DNA of 64,000 nucleotides from Balamuthia mandrillaris (Eukaryota): NCBI GenBank assembly GCA_031835245.2, contig JAVKOQ020000066.1, positions 1 to 64,000 of the forward strand, read 5' to 3'. Shown piece by piece: positions 1 to 11,311 of this stretch (position 1 is its first letter; each line of letters starts with the position of its first letter). The notes under the pieces were generated by a model. It saw only the letters and a program-made list of their open reading frames with translations, ran no database searches and was not told where the DNA came from. The position numbers and the translations under genes were made by a program.

Positions 1-993
1 ATTCTCACCATTTTGTTAAAAACCTACAGAAACATGCAAAAAGCAATCGAGGAAGATGAGCGAGCGGCAGCAGTTGCGAAAGCTCAAGAAACAAAACCAA
101 ATTATAATAACAACATTCAGAACTTTTTGGAAGAAGAGCAACCAAACCAAATGGATCGAAGTTCAACAGTCTTAACGCCCTCAAGAGAAGGAGAAAGCGA
201 ACCATCAACAGCACGAAACAGTAGCAACAACAAAAATGTACAAAACCAAAACGTAACTGCCTCTTCTGAAAGTGATGATATGCTCAGCTTGACCACCGAC
301 GAAGAAACGGATGGAGAGGACTTAACCGCTTATTCCATCATCGAGGAGGACATTAGAATGGTTGCCCTTCCATGTCTTTTCTCTTTTTCTCTTTTCGCTC
401 TCTCCTTTTTCGTTTTCTTTTCCCATTTTCGTTTCTTCCTCATCTTGCACCTTGTTGAACTCGCCTTTCTGTGGCAGATGCGCGATGCTGGAAGTCGTCG
501 TCAAAGGAATGAAGATCGCAAGTCTTCTTCTGGTCTGGACTTTATGTATTCCTGCGCGGATGACCTCCGCCTCAAAGACATTCCATTGTTACTGGCTGGT
601 AAAACACCTTTTCGTTTCGTTGTGTTCTTTTTCTATACCGACAAACTAAAGCTAACCCAAAAAAAAAAAGCCTACAAGCAACTCGCAGTGGAGAACGCTC
701 AACTTCGTCAGATACTCAAAGCCAAAGACATTCCGTTCGCTTCTCCTTCCGAAATGGCTCAACAACCAAATACTTCTTCCGACGACCCAGCAACAACAAC
801 CAACCTTCAACAAGTCACAAACAACAACAACAACAATGGTCCCTCGAGGCCTTCGTCTGCTTCCTATCCTTCCATGCCGTTCATCCCATCTCCCTCGTCA
901 TCCGGCATTGTGCCTCGAAGAACCAGACGCAACAGCACTCATCGCCGTACCAAGTCCGAGTCCTTGGTGGACAGTTTTATGAGCTTCTTCTAA
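1..993 (+). CDS. 3' part of a spliced gene, possibly a VPS9-domain Rab5 GEF (5' end outside window)
   Basis: Two GT-AG introns (about 361-477 and 599-671). The spliced motif FMYSCADDLRLKDIPLLLAAYKQL resembles the C-terminal 'DL.I.DV..LL..YK.L' helix of Vps9-family proteins. The VPS9 domain itself is not visible. Confidence 0.4.
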   Translation: MLTILLKTYRNMQKAIEEDERAAAVAKAQETKPNYNNNIQNFLEEEQPNQMDRSSTVLTPSREGESEPSTARNSSNNKNVQNQNVTASSESDDMLSLTTDEETDGEDLTAYSIIEEDIRMVALPCLFSFSLFALSFFVFFSHFRFFLILHLVELAFLWQMRDAGSRRQRNEDRKSSSGLDFMYSCADDLRLKDIPLLLAGKTPFRFVVFFFYTDKLKLTQKKKAYKQLAVENAQLRQILKAKDIPFASPSEMAQQPNTSSDDPATTTNLQQVTNNNNNNGPSRPSSASYPSMPFIPSPSSSGIVPRRTRRNSTHRRTKSESLVDSFMSFF

Positions 994-1306
994 TATAACA
1001 GATAACTGCTCTCTGCTTCGTACTATCTTCTTCGAGGTGTTTGCTCAAGTTTTGATTGCTTCTTTGCAACGAAGGGAGTAGGTTCTTTATGAAGTTCCTG
1101 CCTTGAAGGAAGTGGTTGAAGGGCAACGACGAAGCGAAAAGTGCGGTCGCCTGGTTTCCATTGTGTCGGTATTTTCACGTCTGTTGGAAAGTTAAGAGAT
1201 TAAAAAAAACCTACGAAGGAACTGCAACGGTTGAGAGACCATCTCCAACAAGAACGTCTGATTGAAAAAAGCGATGAATTGGCAAAAAAGAAGGAAAAAA
1301 AACTTT

Positions 1307-3037
1307 TTAGAGCGTTTCGACAGTGAGATGCTTGATCCTGTCGCAAACGGCTTGCGTGTACTGAGAGCATGTGGCTGTTCCTCCCAAGTCTCCCGTTACG
1401 GTCTTTGTGTATTTAAAAAAAAGAATGTATCAGAGAAAGTAGAATATAAAAACAAAACAAAACTCAACAACGCTAAACAAAACAACGTTACCTTTCCCTC
1501 ACGAATAACTCCCAAGCAAGCCTTCTCAATCAGATTGGCATGGCTTGGCAGTCGCATGTGCCTCAGCATCATGACCGCGCTCAACAGCAGGGCCGTTGGG
1601 TTGGCCAAGTCCTTGCCGGCAATGTCCGGCGCGGTGCCGTGCACGCTCTCAAAGATGGCTGTGTCGGTGCCGATGTTGCCGCTGGGGGTGAGGCCCAGAC
1701 CTCCCACGAGTCCTGCGCAGAGGTCGCTCACGATGTCGCCGTAGAGGTTGGGCAGGACGAGCACCTCAAAGGCGGAGGGGTCAGCAGTCAGCTGCAGCAT
1801 GACTTTGTCCAAGGAAACGGCCTCGTACTTGACGAGGGGGAAGCTGCAGGAGACTTGCTTGCAGGTGTTCTTGAAGAGACCGTCTGACAATCGCCTATTA
1901 TAAGAAAAAGGGATTGAGAAAAGGACATGTGAGAAAGGGGAAGAAAGAGAAGAAAGAAAAAAAAGGGAAGGAAAAAAGTACATGACAGAGGCCTTGTGAA
2001 CTGCTGACACTTTCGACTTTTTGTTGATTTCGGCATACTCAAAGGCATATCTGGCAACTCTCTTGGAGGCCTGACGGGTGATCAACTTAATGCTCTGCAC
2101 TACTCCTGGTACCAACTGCGCACGGGGTGAGTAGTTGTTGAAAAAAGAAAAGAGGACACGAAGTATAAGAAAGCGAGCAACATAGAATAGTTAAAAAAAT
2201 AGAAAGAAAGAAAGAAAAGAAAAGAAAAGAAAAGAAAAGAACGGATTCGGAAAGCAAAAAAGAAGTGAAAGCAAACCATAAGCATTATAAACGATACACA
2301 AAAACGACAAACGAAGCAAAGAAAGAGATGAAGACAAGAAACGAAAGAAGAGAAAAAAAAAGAACGAAGACAAGAAAGAAAGAAACGATAAAAAATGAAA
2401 CGAACCTCGTGCTCAATGCCCGAGTACTCTCCCTCGGTGTTCTCTCGGATGACCGTCAGGTCCACGTTGTTGTAGCCCGTCTGAATGCCGGGGATGCTCT
2501 TCACCGGCCTCACGTTGGCAAAGAGGCTGAACTCCTTGCGGAGGGCCAGGTTCAGGGAGACGTGGCCCTTGCCGATGGGGGTGGCCAGGGGACCCTTCAG
2601 CGCCAGCTTGTTCTTGTTGACGGAGCGCTTGACCTCCGGACCCAAGGGGTCCTGCGGGGACTGGGCCACCACCTTGACCTCCTCCCACTCGATGGGGACC
2701 TGGGCGGTGGCAAAGATCTGCTTCACGGCGGCAGAGATCTCTGGGCCGATGCCGTCGCCGGGGATCAGGGTCACCGTGCGTTTGGTTTTGCTGTCCTTTT
2801 CTTCCTAATTGATTATTTTTTTGTTTGTGTGATTGAAAAAAAAAGTGAGAAAAAAGAAAAGAGAAAAAGAAAGAAATGTAGTACGGAGATTAGAGTGGTT
2901 TGAGCAAAGCCGCGACGAGGGTGGAGGAGGGAGAAGGAGGCCGAGGCGCGGGCGCTGCTTCGCACGAAAGCGGCGCTAGCACCACCACCGCGAAGAAGAG
3001 GTCGGCTTCCACCTCGCAAACCGTTCATAAGCGACAT
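1307..3037 (-). CDS. IDH3A: NAD-dependent isocitrate dehydrogenase, catalytic alpha subunit, mitochondrial (5 exons)
   Basis: Motifs [41 protein letters not shown] and [15 protein letters not shown]. Arg/Ser/Ala-rich presequence in exon 1. Last exon [16 protein letters not shown]...*. Confidence 0.92.
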
Positions 3038-3213
3038 TTTTCTATGTTAAAGGTTGTGTTGCAACGGAACAAGGGAAGGGGAGGGGAGGGAAGGGAAGGG
3101 AAGGAGATGAGTGACGCACTCAATCAATCAATCACCAAAACAAATAAAAAAAAATGAATGGCTTTCTTTTTTCTTTGTCAATAAAATCCTACATTTTTTG
3201 CATACCAACATGA

Positions 3214-3251
3214 TGACGTAACTATGGGTGACGTAACTATGGGTGACGTAA
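3214..3251. repeat. 15-bp tandem repeat (TGACGTAACTATGGG, 2.5 copies) carrying three CRE/ATF-like TGACGTAA sites in a divergent promoter
   Basis: TGACGTAA at 3214, 3229 and 3244, between the IDH3A ATG (3037, minus) and the F-box-like ATG (3365, plus). Confidence 0.8.
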
Positions 3252-3364
3252 TCACATCATTACAATCATTCCTACATGCTGATGTCACCGAAGTAATACA
3301 CGTATAATCCAACCTATTAGATAGTTTTCCTTTTCCTATTATCTTTTGCTTCTGCAATAATATA

Positions 3365-4211
3365 ATGGCGGAAACGTTGTTGGACGAGAACCTCTGGGGC
3401 CTGGTGCTCGTCCACCTCGCCCCCAAGGACTTTTACACCGCCACGCGGGTGTGCAGGGCATGGCTCCAGCTGGAGAAGGACCCGGCCGTGCGCCGCGCCG
3501 TTTGGGCCAACCCCCGCTCCATCACCCACTCCTCCATGGACTACGAGGGCAAGGTTGTGGCGACCAAACTGGTTCCGGCCCATCGCAAAGGGGCAGGAGA
3601 GCTTGTCCTGCTGGAGTCCCATGACCGGCCGTACCACCGTGCGCGCGGCTACTGTTGGACGGGTTATATGCCGAGCTCCAACATGAAGGTCCGTTATGAC
3701 GGCTCTTTGGGGCGGTGCGACAACATATCGCTGGAGTATGGCAAGGAAGGGAAGTTGGTGTACAATGCCTCATCTCATGGCACCATGTCCATGTTTTTGC
3801 GCCCTAAGGATCCTAGAGCCTGGGATGTCTGCATTGTGGTAATGCTTTGCTTTTCTCTTTTTTTTTCTCACATTTTTTTATTTGCTTTTTTGTTTGATAT
3901 CGTGTTTCGTTAACGCTACCGCTCTCATGTATGTTCTACAGCCGGGAGGGATTTCCGGAACCACCAGCGAAAGCGTGGAGCGAGGCAGGGCGTTCGTGAA
4001 GGCTTTGCTGAGAGACGCAGGCCTGCCGGAGACGCACCACGCGTGGATATCCTTTCTATTGGCAACCGGCTCTTCCACTTGGATGGCCTCGATGTTCTTC
4101 CCCGACCTGCACACCCTAGACTACGTCAACCATTCGGATGTGTACCCTTGGCTCGAAGCCGCGGAGGCAGAAGCGCAGGCGAGCTTGGAGAGTATCACCA
4201 AGTCGACATGA
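3365..4211 (+). CDS. Hypothetical protein with N-terminal F-box-like motif (2 exons)
   Basis: LLDENLWGLVLVHLAPKDFYTATRVCRAW fits the F-box pattern. A GT-AG intron (about 3839-3941) joins ORFs 3365 and 3882 in frame. Confidence 0.6.
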
Positions 4212-4260
4212 AAATCGCCTACTATCTTATTGTCGACCAATATAGAACCAACAGAGAAGA

Positions 4261-4833
4261 ATGAAGCCGTTGTTCTTTTATTTGGGCGGAGCAGCCGTGT
4301 TCTTTGCCCTGTGTGGTTATGCGCAAGGGAACGACCCCGACCCTGCGCTTTGGGTCTCCCTGTACGTGTTTGGTGGCTGCGTGCTAAACTTGCTGGTGGC
4401 GCTGGTGATTATCTCGCCGACCACGAAAGAAAGACAGCTTGGGGTCCTGGTCAAGCTCTTGTGCCAAAGCTTTTTGGTGCTGTGCCTTGGCTATGCCGTT
4501 CACTTGGCCTACTTCCTGGTACAGGACCCTCGCATGGTGGTGGCCAAAGAAACGACCTGGTTGTGGTCAATGCTGGAGCTTGAGGAAGGCAGGGAGATAA
4601 GCGGGTTGGGAATGTTGGCGCTGCACCAATTGGTGCTTCTCTCGTTTCTCTCATCCAACAAGAAAACGAATCGGACAAACCAAGGAGCAGAGGGCTTTTC
4701 TTGGTTGCCTTTGGTGGGCAGTTTGATAGGGATGGCTGCTGTTGTGATGGCAAGTGGGGCATGGGTATTTTATCAGCCGCTGATGAACCAACACCACAAC
4801 GTTCCTCATTGCAATGGCGCTTTCTCTGCTTGA
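4261..4833 (+). CDS. TMEM220: TMEM220-family membrane protein, intronless
   Basis: QGNDPDPALWVSLY and EEGREISGL match recalled family motifs (QxNDPD..W...Y; EEGRExxGL). Several transmembrane segments. Confidence 0.75.
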   Translation: MKPLFFYLGGAAVFFALCGYAQGNDPDPALWVSLYVFGGCVLNLLVALVIISPTTKERQLGVLVKLLCQSFLVLCLGYAVHLAYFLVQDPRMVVAKETTWLWSMLELEEGREISGLGMLALHQLVLLSFLSSNKKTNRTNQGAEGFSWLPLVGSLIGMAAVVMASGAWVFYQPLMNQHHNVPHCNGAFSA

Positions 4834-5137
4834 AATAAAGTTAAAAGCTCATTCCGAAGCCTAACCAGCGCAGTTAGTTTGAACTCTCCTTCTTTTACTG
4901 TTTGCTCCTTCAACTGAAACTATATCTTTGCTATGCTCGCGCAGGACGGAAGCAGAGCATTACTCCTCCGTCTACTTGCCTCTTGCTGTTTTATTTGTTA
5001 TTTTCTTTAAAAGAAAAGAACGGAGCCGACTGACGTGGAATGCTGCTAGCAAGGGCACCAGATGGAACGAGGGGCAGAGTTTCGCAAAAGTGCTGACTTC
5101 CAGGTTCTTCAAACAGAAAGGACGAGTGCGAGAAAAC

Positions 5138-5843
5138 ATGGCTAACCGCAACACCAGTCGGCGGTTCTGCCCTTATTTCCTCCATGTTTTGTGCGTGCTC
5201 TTTTTGCTTTGTTCTGGTATCCTGTTGTTTCACCTGGTTGGAGGCAGGTTCAAATGTGCTCTAGCCGGCACTATCTCTGTCTCTGCTAGGATCACTTGCC
5301 TACATCAGGAGATACAATGGAGTGAGGACTTAGTACGTCCGATGCACTGGGAAATATATCTGTTGGAAGAGCAGCTACAGAGGCAAGCGCAGCTTGCACT
5401 CGAAGAGAAGGAGGAAACCCACAAAAGTGCATTGTGCGTGCTTCCGCTTGAGTTTTGGAACCCCGCCGCAGAGCAATGGAAGGTGGCCCCTGGCTTTCTT
5501 GCCCACAACTACTTCCACTCCCAGCGACTCATCCTGACCTCCAACCGCTTGCTCCGGAGCACAGCAAGCCCTGAGAGCACCCATTTATGCCCACTTTGGC
5601 AGATACCACCACTTTGCTGAGCAGCAGGAGGCGGACATGTGCTTGGAGAGAGTGAAGGAGGAGAGGGTGGAGGTGCAGGTTGAATCCTTCTCCTTGGACA
5701 CGGCCGTCTGTGTCTTGAGGATTCCCTACCATGCATGTCCAAAAGCATAAACCCGCTATTCACATTTGAACTGCCATCCGGACGTCTTATGGACAAAGAC
5801 GCCGAGACCAAGCACAAGAAGGCAGCCACAAAAACCATAAATA
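5138..5843 (+). pseudogene. Possible degenerate gene of unknown family
   Basis: Protein-like ORF (EDLVRPMHWEIYLLEEQLQ...) continues in another frame near 5575 (IYAHFGRYHHFAEQQEADMCLERV...) and then hits stops. No family recognised. Confidence 0.25.
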
Positions 5844-6215
5844 ATGAGGAAGCATCCCTCGATGTGGTGGTATACGCTTGTGCCAGCCTCTAGCTTGGAC
5901 TTGCATTTACCCTTCATGTCTTCTTTTTTTTTTTTTGTTTTCTTTTAGGACGGTGGTGAACCACAAAAGAAAACAGAAAAACGGCCTTTGCCTTGCCTTG
6001 CCTTGCCTTGCGGTTACCTCTCTGTTCCCCCTGGCATTGAACCGTATCCACAAGAAAAGAAGAGACGCGCGTTTGTCTGATTGGCTGTATGTCTCTGATT
6101 GATTATTGGCCGACAATTTGGGGTCGCTCAAATTCCTTGTATTGTATACGTGTCGTCGTGGATATGCCACGTCAGCAAAAAAAAGAAAAAGAAGAGAGGA
6201 ACAAAGAAGAGAGAG

Positions 6216-6686
6216 ATGGAGAGGAAGAAGGAGGAGAACAACAACGTTTTGATCGTGGGGAACCCAGCAAAAGCTGCGTTGCTGCTCCAAGGTACACCTT
6301 GATGATGCATGCGTTTTTCGGACAACAACAAAAAAAAACTCACGCTACGATTGTCTTTTTTTTTTGGTTAAGCTATTTTGGGAGGAGGAGAGCTGAACTT
6401 GGAGGGGGAGAGCGATCATGTGTATGAGCTTGACACAAAGTACTATACCACCACCGTTAACTTGTGTTACAGAAAGCTGGAAACCATCATCGAAGAGCAG
6501 TCCAACACCACACAATTCGATGGCCTAATTCTGCTTTTCGATGAGCTTATCGTACTGTTTCTTTGTTCTCTCTCTTCTCTCTCTCTCTCTCTCTCATTCT
6601 CGTTCTCCCTCTCTTGCGTGTTCTCTCTTCTGTCGTCCACTTCTCGCCTTCTTGTTGTTGTTCTGCTTTCCCTCTTACTTTTCTCG

Positions 6687-6719
<33 letters not shown>

Positions 6720-7614
6720 CAAATAAACAGACCGAAACTCTGAGAAGTGGGATCGCTCAATACAGAGAGACGAACGACCCTGGGCTTTGTTTGGGAGTGT
6801 ATCACTGGCTTGAAAACAAGAGCGAGGCAGATAAGGACGACTTTAACGGGTGGTGCATAGAGAATGGGTTTGAGTATGTTGAATACGTTGTGCCAGGATC
6901 TGGTTCGTTCTCTTTCATGTTTACTATTCTCCTACCTTCTGTTCGCCTATCGCCTTTTCTTCGTTTTCTTCCTTCTCAGTTTACTCATCTCACTTCCTTT
7001 CTTTTCAATACAAACTCAAAAAAACAGACTACGCAACCTCAAAAGAGGACGAACCCTTTGCAGAGAAAGTGGGCATCGATCGGGTAATCGAGGCCTTAGA
7101 GGCCAACCTCTGGTCCTCCATGACCATGAAACCTCGTTCCGGCCCTCGTTCATTCAACGACTCGGCAACGTTAAAGGAGGGGGAAGAAGAAGAGGACTCT
7201 GCTTTCCGCTCTGACATTGACACTTCCGTTCAGTCGTTGCTCAACAGCTGGAACAACCTTATTCTTCCTTCGTCATCATCTGCTTCCTCTACATTGCCAT
7301 CATCATCATCATCATCCGAGGAGAATCGAACGAGCGGTTATCAACCACTTTCGACGGAGGAACTGATTCGTATGAGTCTAAACGAAGACGAAACCGCCAG
7401 AGATGAAAAAAGAGAAGGAGGAGACGAGGAAGCAGAAGAAGAAGCAGAAGGAACGCATGGCGGAGATGAACGAGCCTTTGAGCGAGCTTTGCTGGAGCTT
7501 CGATCCCTTCGAGACAAGACCAAGGACCTTCCTGACAAAGAACGTCGAGAAGTGGCCGCTCGCGTGGCGCTAGCTTTCGCCAGTTCGTTAGGCTTTGGTT
7601 TGGAGGAGTTATAA
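6216..7614 (+). CDS. AAGAB: Alpha/gamma-adaptin-binding protein p34 (4 exons)
   Basis: Motifs LDTKYYTTTV, WCIENGFEYVE, GIDRVIEALEANLWSSM and C-terminal LPDKERREVAARVALAF. Confidence 0.88.
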
Positions 7615-7617
7615 AAA

Positions 7618-7889
7618 TCAAAATTCGGCACAATAACTAGACAGTTCCTCTTCAAATTGGTCGCCGCAACCTGCACAGCTGGAATGTCCATACTTGGAGG
7701 CATAGCAGGCGTCCGCTCGGATGACCTTGCGGGCAAACATCTGCTTATGGCAGGGCGGGAAGCCGGCGCCGCGTATCTGGGAGAGGCAGCGCAGCATCTC
7801 CACGTTGCACTTGCAGCCATAGATGCAGTAGTCGCTGGCTGCGATGCAGCGATCATGGATCTCTTTTGGAATGAAAACGTTGAGTAAAT

Positions 7890-7937
<48 letters not shown>

Positions 7938-8681
7938 GGGAGATACGAACTGCAGCAGTTGTCTACTGGGTCACAGCCAGGGTCGTCTGATCCACAGGTA
8001 TAACCTAGTTGTGAAGCAAAACAAGAAAGTAAGGAAAATCGGAACTGAGCCGAACAAAGAGAACAAGAAGGAAGATAGGTGCACCTGCTCCACAATATTT
8101 TCCATACCCAACGGTCGACAGTGGATGAAGGTCGGAAGGGCCATTGACTTGACACTCGCATGCGCAGTCCCGATTGGGACCCGTGATCCCCAACTTGCCC
8201 CTTTGAATAGCCTCTGCATCAAACGGAGTAGAGCTGTTAAAAACACAGCCACAAAAGAGAATATCTGCAAGCCTACCGATGGTGTCTCTTGTTTTCAGCA
8301 CGCCAGTGATGTAGTTCTCCATTTGTCGGTGTTGGTTCGTTTTTGCCATCCGTTCAAGAAACGCCCTTTCCTCTGCCTGTGTTGTTGTTGTAGTTTGAGA
8401 GTTGATGAGTTTATCAAAAATCAGAAGGAGCTGCAGCGAGGCCTACAGAGAAAAGAAAAATAAAAGTTTTGTTCACAGGTGCGATCTTGAGCTGTTCCAT
8501 CGGCTCCCTCTTCTTTTTTGCATTCGCCTTTTGTGCGGCTGGCTCTGCGTAGGGAAAAATATGCTTATCAGCACCCGCACCAAACCCTTAGAACATGACC
8601 ACTCTACGCACTTTTGGTCTCCGTGCAAACCAGCAACACAAGCACCAGCATCAACAGGAACCACCATCGACAACGTTTCAT
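7618..8681 (-). CDS. Secreted phospholipase A2, plant/group XI-like (5 exons)
   Basis: Hand-spliced product has signal peptide MKRCRWWFLLMLVLVLLVC, Ca-loop YGKYCGAGYTCG, catalytic DNCCKIHDRC (His-Asp, formed across an intron) and a Cys-rich C-terminus. Confidence 0.85.
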
Positions 8682-8735
8682 CTTCCTTCTTGCTTCAAAC
8701 GACGTCAGTTTTCACGACGACATGAATGTATTATC

Positions 8736-8774
8736 GTCGACAGTCGACTTTTTGTCGACTTTTTCCCGCCAAAA
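8736..8774 (+). promoter_or_regulatory. Three GTCGAC sites plus E2F-like TTTTCCCGCCAAAA in the 145-bp PLA2/SKA1 divergent promoter
   Basis: GTCGAC at 8736, 8743 and 8754. TTTCCCGCC matches the E2F consensus TTTSSCGC. Confidence 0.6.
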
Positions 8775-8826
8775 TCTTCCCCAAACAAAAACACCAGAGG
8801 AAAGCACCAACAACTGGCAAAAAAGA

Positions 8827-10236
8827 ATGGGAAGCAAGAGTGATTCCGTATACGTCGAACTGACCTTGGCCTTTACGGAGCGTATCCGCGAGCTGAGAGA
8901 GTTGCTCATGCTACGGACAGGTACGGTCTGTCTGTCTGTCTGATGTGATGAAGGTCTACCGCCATCAATCACACTCATACCTCAAAAAAAAAAAACAAGA
9001 CTCTTCAAGGAGCGTGCAAGATGTGCTTGAGGACGTTCACTCCCAGCTCTCCATCGTGGAGAACGCAATGGCCGACATCGAGTTTTGGGTGCAAAAGGAA
9101 AGCAAGTTCATACAAGAGGCAAAGGTTTGTCTTTTGTAGCGAAGAGCCCCCCCCCGCGTTTCCTTTTTTCTTCTCTGTGTTTGTGACCACTTTGCCCTAT
9201 GAAGAAACTTCAACGGCTGGTTCAACAGCAAGGAGAGGCCATGAACCACGTTCGCAACCACCGGCCCAACAACCTTCCTGGCCCCAAACCAGGACCGATG
9301 GTCCATCCCTCCCTGACTTTGGAGGAGGAGGAGGACCATGCCACCCAAGGCGATGAGGAAGAATACGACGAACAAGAACCAGAGTGTAACAGTAATGAAC
9401 GACGAAGAGAGCATGGACAAAGCAAGAGCTCCTCATCCACGGAGCGAAGAGGAGGAGAAGGAGCACATACAAGAGGCGCAACTGCAACAAATAGAAAACA
9501 GCAACGAGGTTCCAACGTTCATGCTTCTTCCGCACAACAACCGCGAAGAAGAGTTCAAGGTCCTAAATACGTTGTTCCTACCATTTCACATATCACAAAA
9601 GAAGAGCTCGATGCAACACCAAAGTGCGTATATGCCTGATGTCTTGTTTTTCTTTTCTCTTCACTGTTCACTTTGTTCTCTCTTTTCTCTATCACTCTTT
9701 GTCTCTTTCTCCGTTTCGCGTTCTCTTTTGTTTTTTTGTCTCGCTCATCCGTTCTCCATTGGTTTCAAATCACGACAGATACATGAAAGGACGGGCAACG
9801 GTGGCCAAAATAAACGCAGCAATAGACGACATACAAGCTCTCGTCGCAAAGAAGTATCGCCTCCTCTCCATGCCCGCCAACAAAGTCGGCAGTCGTAACC
9901 TCAAAAAATATCAGGTATTCTTTTTCTTTCTTTGCTTCTCTTCTCTTCCTTCTCTCTCTTCTCTTCTTCCGCTTTGCGACAACAATAACAAACTTTTAAA
10001 AACCTCAAAAGGGTTTTGTGGATCTTCAAAGACAATGTACAGACAAAGAAGACAACATCTTCTTCACCGAGGAAGACCTGCGCGAAGCGGCCAATCTGCG
10101 GCTGGACACGACCGGCAAAAGCATCCTGGCCGTGTTGCGCCACTTGGGTCGTCTGAAGGAAAAAGGAGGACGAACCAAGCGCTTCACCTTGATGCCCGTT
10201 CAACCCTTGAGCGACGTTACCAATGCCCCACTATGA
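8827..10236 (+). CDS. SKA1: Spindle and kinetochore-associated protein 1 (5 exons)
   Basis: Microtubule-binding-domain motifs ITKEELDATPKYMKGR, KINAAID, FFTEEDL and SILAVLRHLGRLKE. N-terminal coiled coil. Confidence 0.85.
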
Positions 10237-10552
10237 ACTCTCCATTTTTCACTTTTAGAAAGCACGAAAAAAGAAGCGAGTTCGTTTAAAGTTTGTTTTG
10301 TTATTGTATTCTCCTTCTTTCTTTTTGTTGTTTCTTCAAAGCAAAGTGTTTGCTTGCTAACGCTTATGCACAAAAAAAAAAAACAAATCTACACAAATCA
10401 CATACACACACATCATTACACACTTCTTTTTCTTTCTCTCTCTCCAAGAAAGAGAGAGAGGAGGAGGGAAAAAAGAGAGCGAAACAGAAACGAACATCAT
10501 TCGCTCCGCCAACGTCAAGACTCTCGTTGTCGTTGTCGCCGCGCCTCCTGCT

Positions 10553-11311
10553 TCATAGGATGAGCATGCCTCGCAAGAAGAGGTCGTACTCCTCATCGGT
10601 GAAGCTTCGGGTGGGCCTCAACGGCGTCTCCAAGGGGGTCGCATAGCTGAACAGCGCCCTCTCCTTGTGCTGTTTGATCGGCACGGAAACGGAGCGTTGC
10701 GGCGGTTGGTCCTGTTCCGGTTGTTGCGGTCGCTGTTGGAGTTCTCGGCTGTTCCTTCGGCTGCTGGCCCTGAAGGAGTTCCTTCGTCGTTTCTTCTTGT
10801 GCATAAGGGTCCGTTCCAGCTCTCTCTGGATGCGTTGCTCCTCCTCGTCCTCCTCCACGGCCATAAGTACCTCCTCCACCGCTTCCATTTCCTTCCTTGT
10901 GGCCTCTTGCCTCTTCTGCGGTGGCTGTTGTTGTTGGGCGTTGTTGGTGTTGTAGTTGATCAGCATGGCCTCGAGACCTTCCGACGAGGAGGATGCTCTT
11001 CGCAGGTAGGACGGGCTGTTGTGCAGGGTCACGTCCTCCCATCGTTGGATCTGTTGTTGATGCTGTTTGTTGTCAAAGGCAGAGAGTCGGTTGGCAGGGT
11101 TGCTGTTGTTGTTGTTGGCGATGGCGTTGTCGAGAGAAGAGAGAAGAGCGTTGGCGGCGTTGGTGTTGGCGGCGGCAGTGGCGGGGGCGTGGGATGGTTG
11201 TTGTTGTTGAGCGACCGCGGCTCGAGTGGCGCTCTTCAGCATGCTGAAGGAGGGGTAGCCGCCAGTCGACTTTTGAAAAGTGGTAGCAATCTTGGTGGAG
11301 GCGTTTTGCAT
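10553..11311 (-). CDS. Intronless low-complexity (Q/N/E-rich) hypothetical protein, about 252 aa
   Basis: ORF from ATG in AAAATG context with coding-like composition. No family recognised. Confidence 0.65.
   Translation of the reverse strand: MQNASTKIATTFQKSTGGYPSFSMLKSATRAAVAQQQQPSHAPATAAANTNAANALLSSLDNAIANNNNSNPANRLSAFDNKQHQQQIQRWEDVTLHNSPSYLRRASSSSEGLEAMLINYNTNNAQQQQPPQKRQEATRKEMEAVEEVLMAVEEDEEEQRIQRELERTLMHKKKRRRNSFRASSRRNSRELQQRPQQPEQDQPPQRSVSVPIKQHKERALFSYATPLETPLRPTRSFTDEEYDLFLRGMLIL

Noticed and set aside
3208..3285. Box C/D snoRNA-like arrangement (ATGATGA...CTGA with ACA/TGT ends)
   Set aside because: The interior is a tandem repeat of promoter-like motifs, the stem is only 3 bp and overlaps box C, and no rRNA complement was recognised.
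4047..4055. ATATCCTTT, a perfect AT-AC U12 donor sequence
   Set aside because: It lies within a continuous ORF, with no U12 branch site or AC acceptor downstream.
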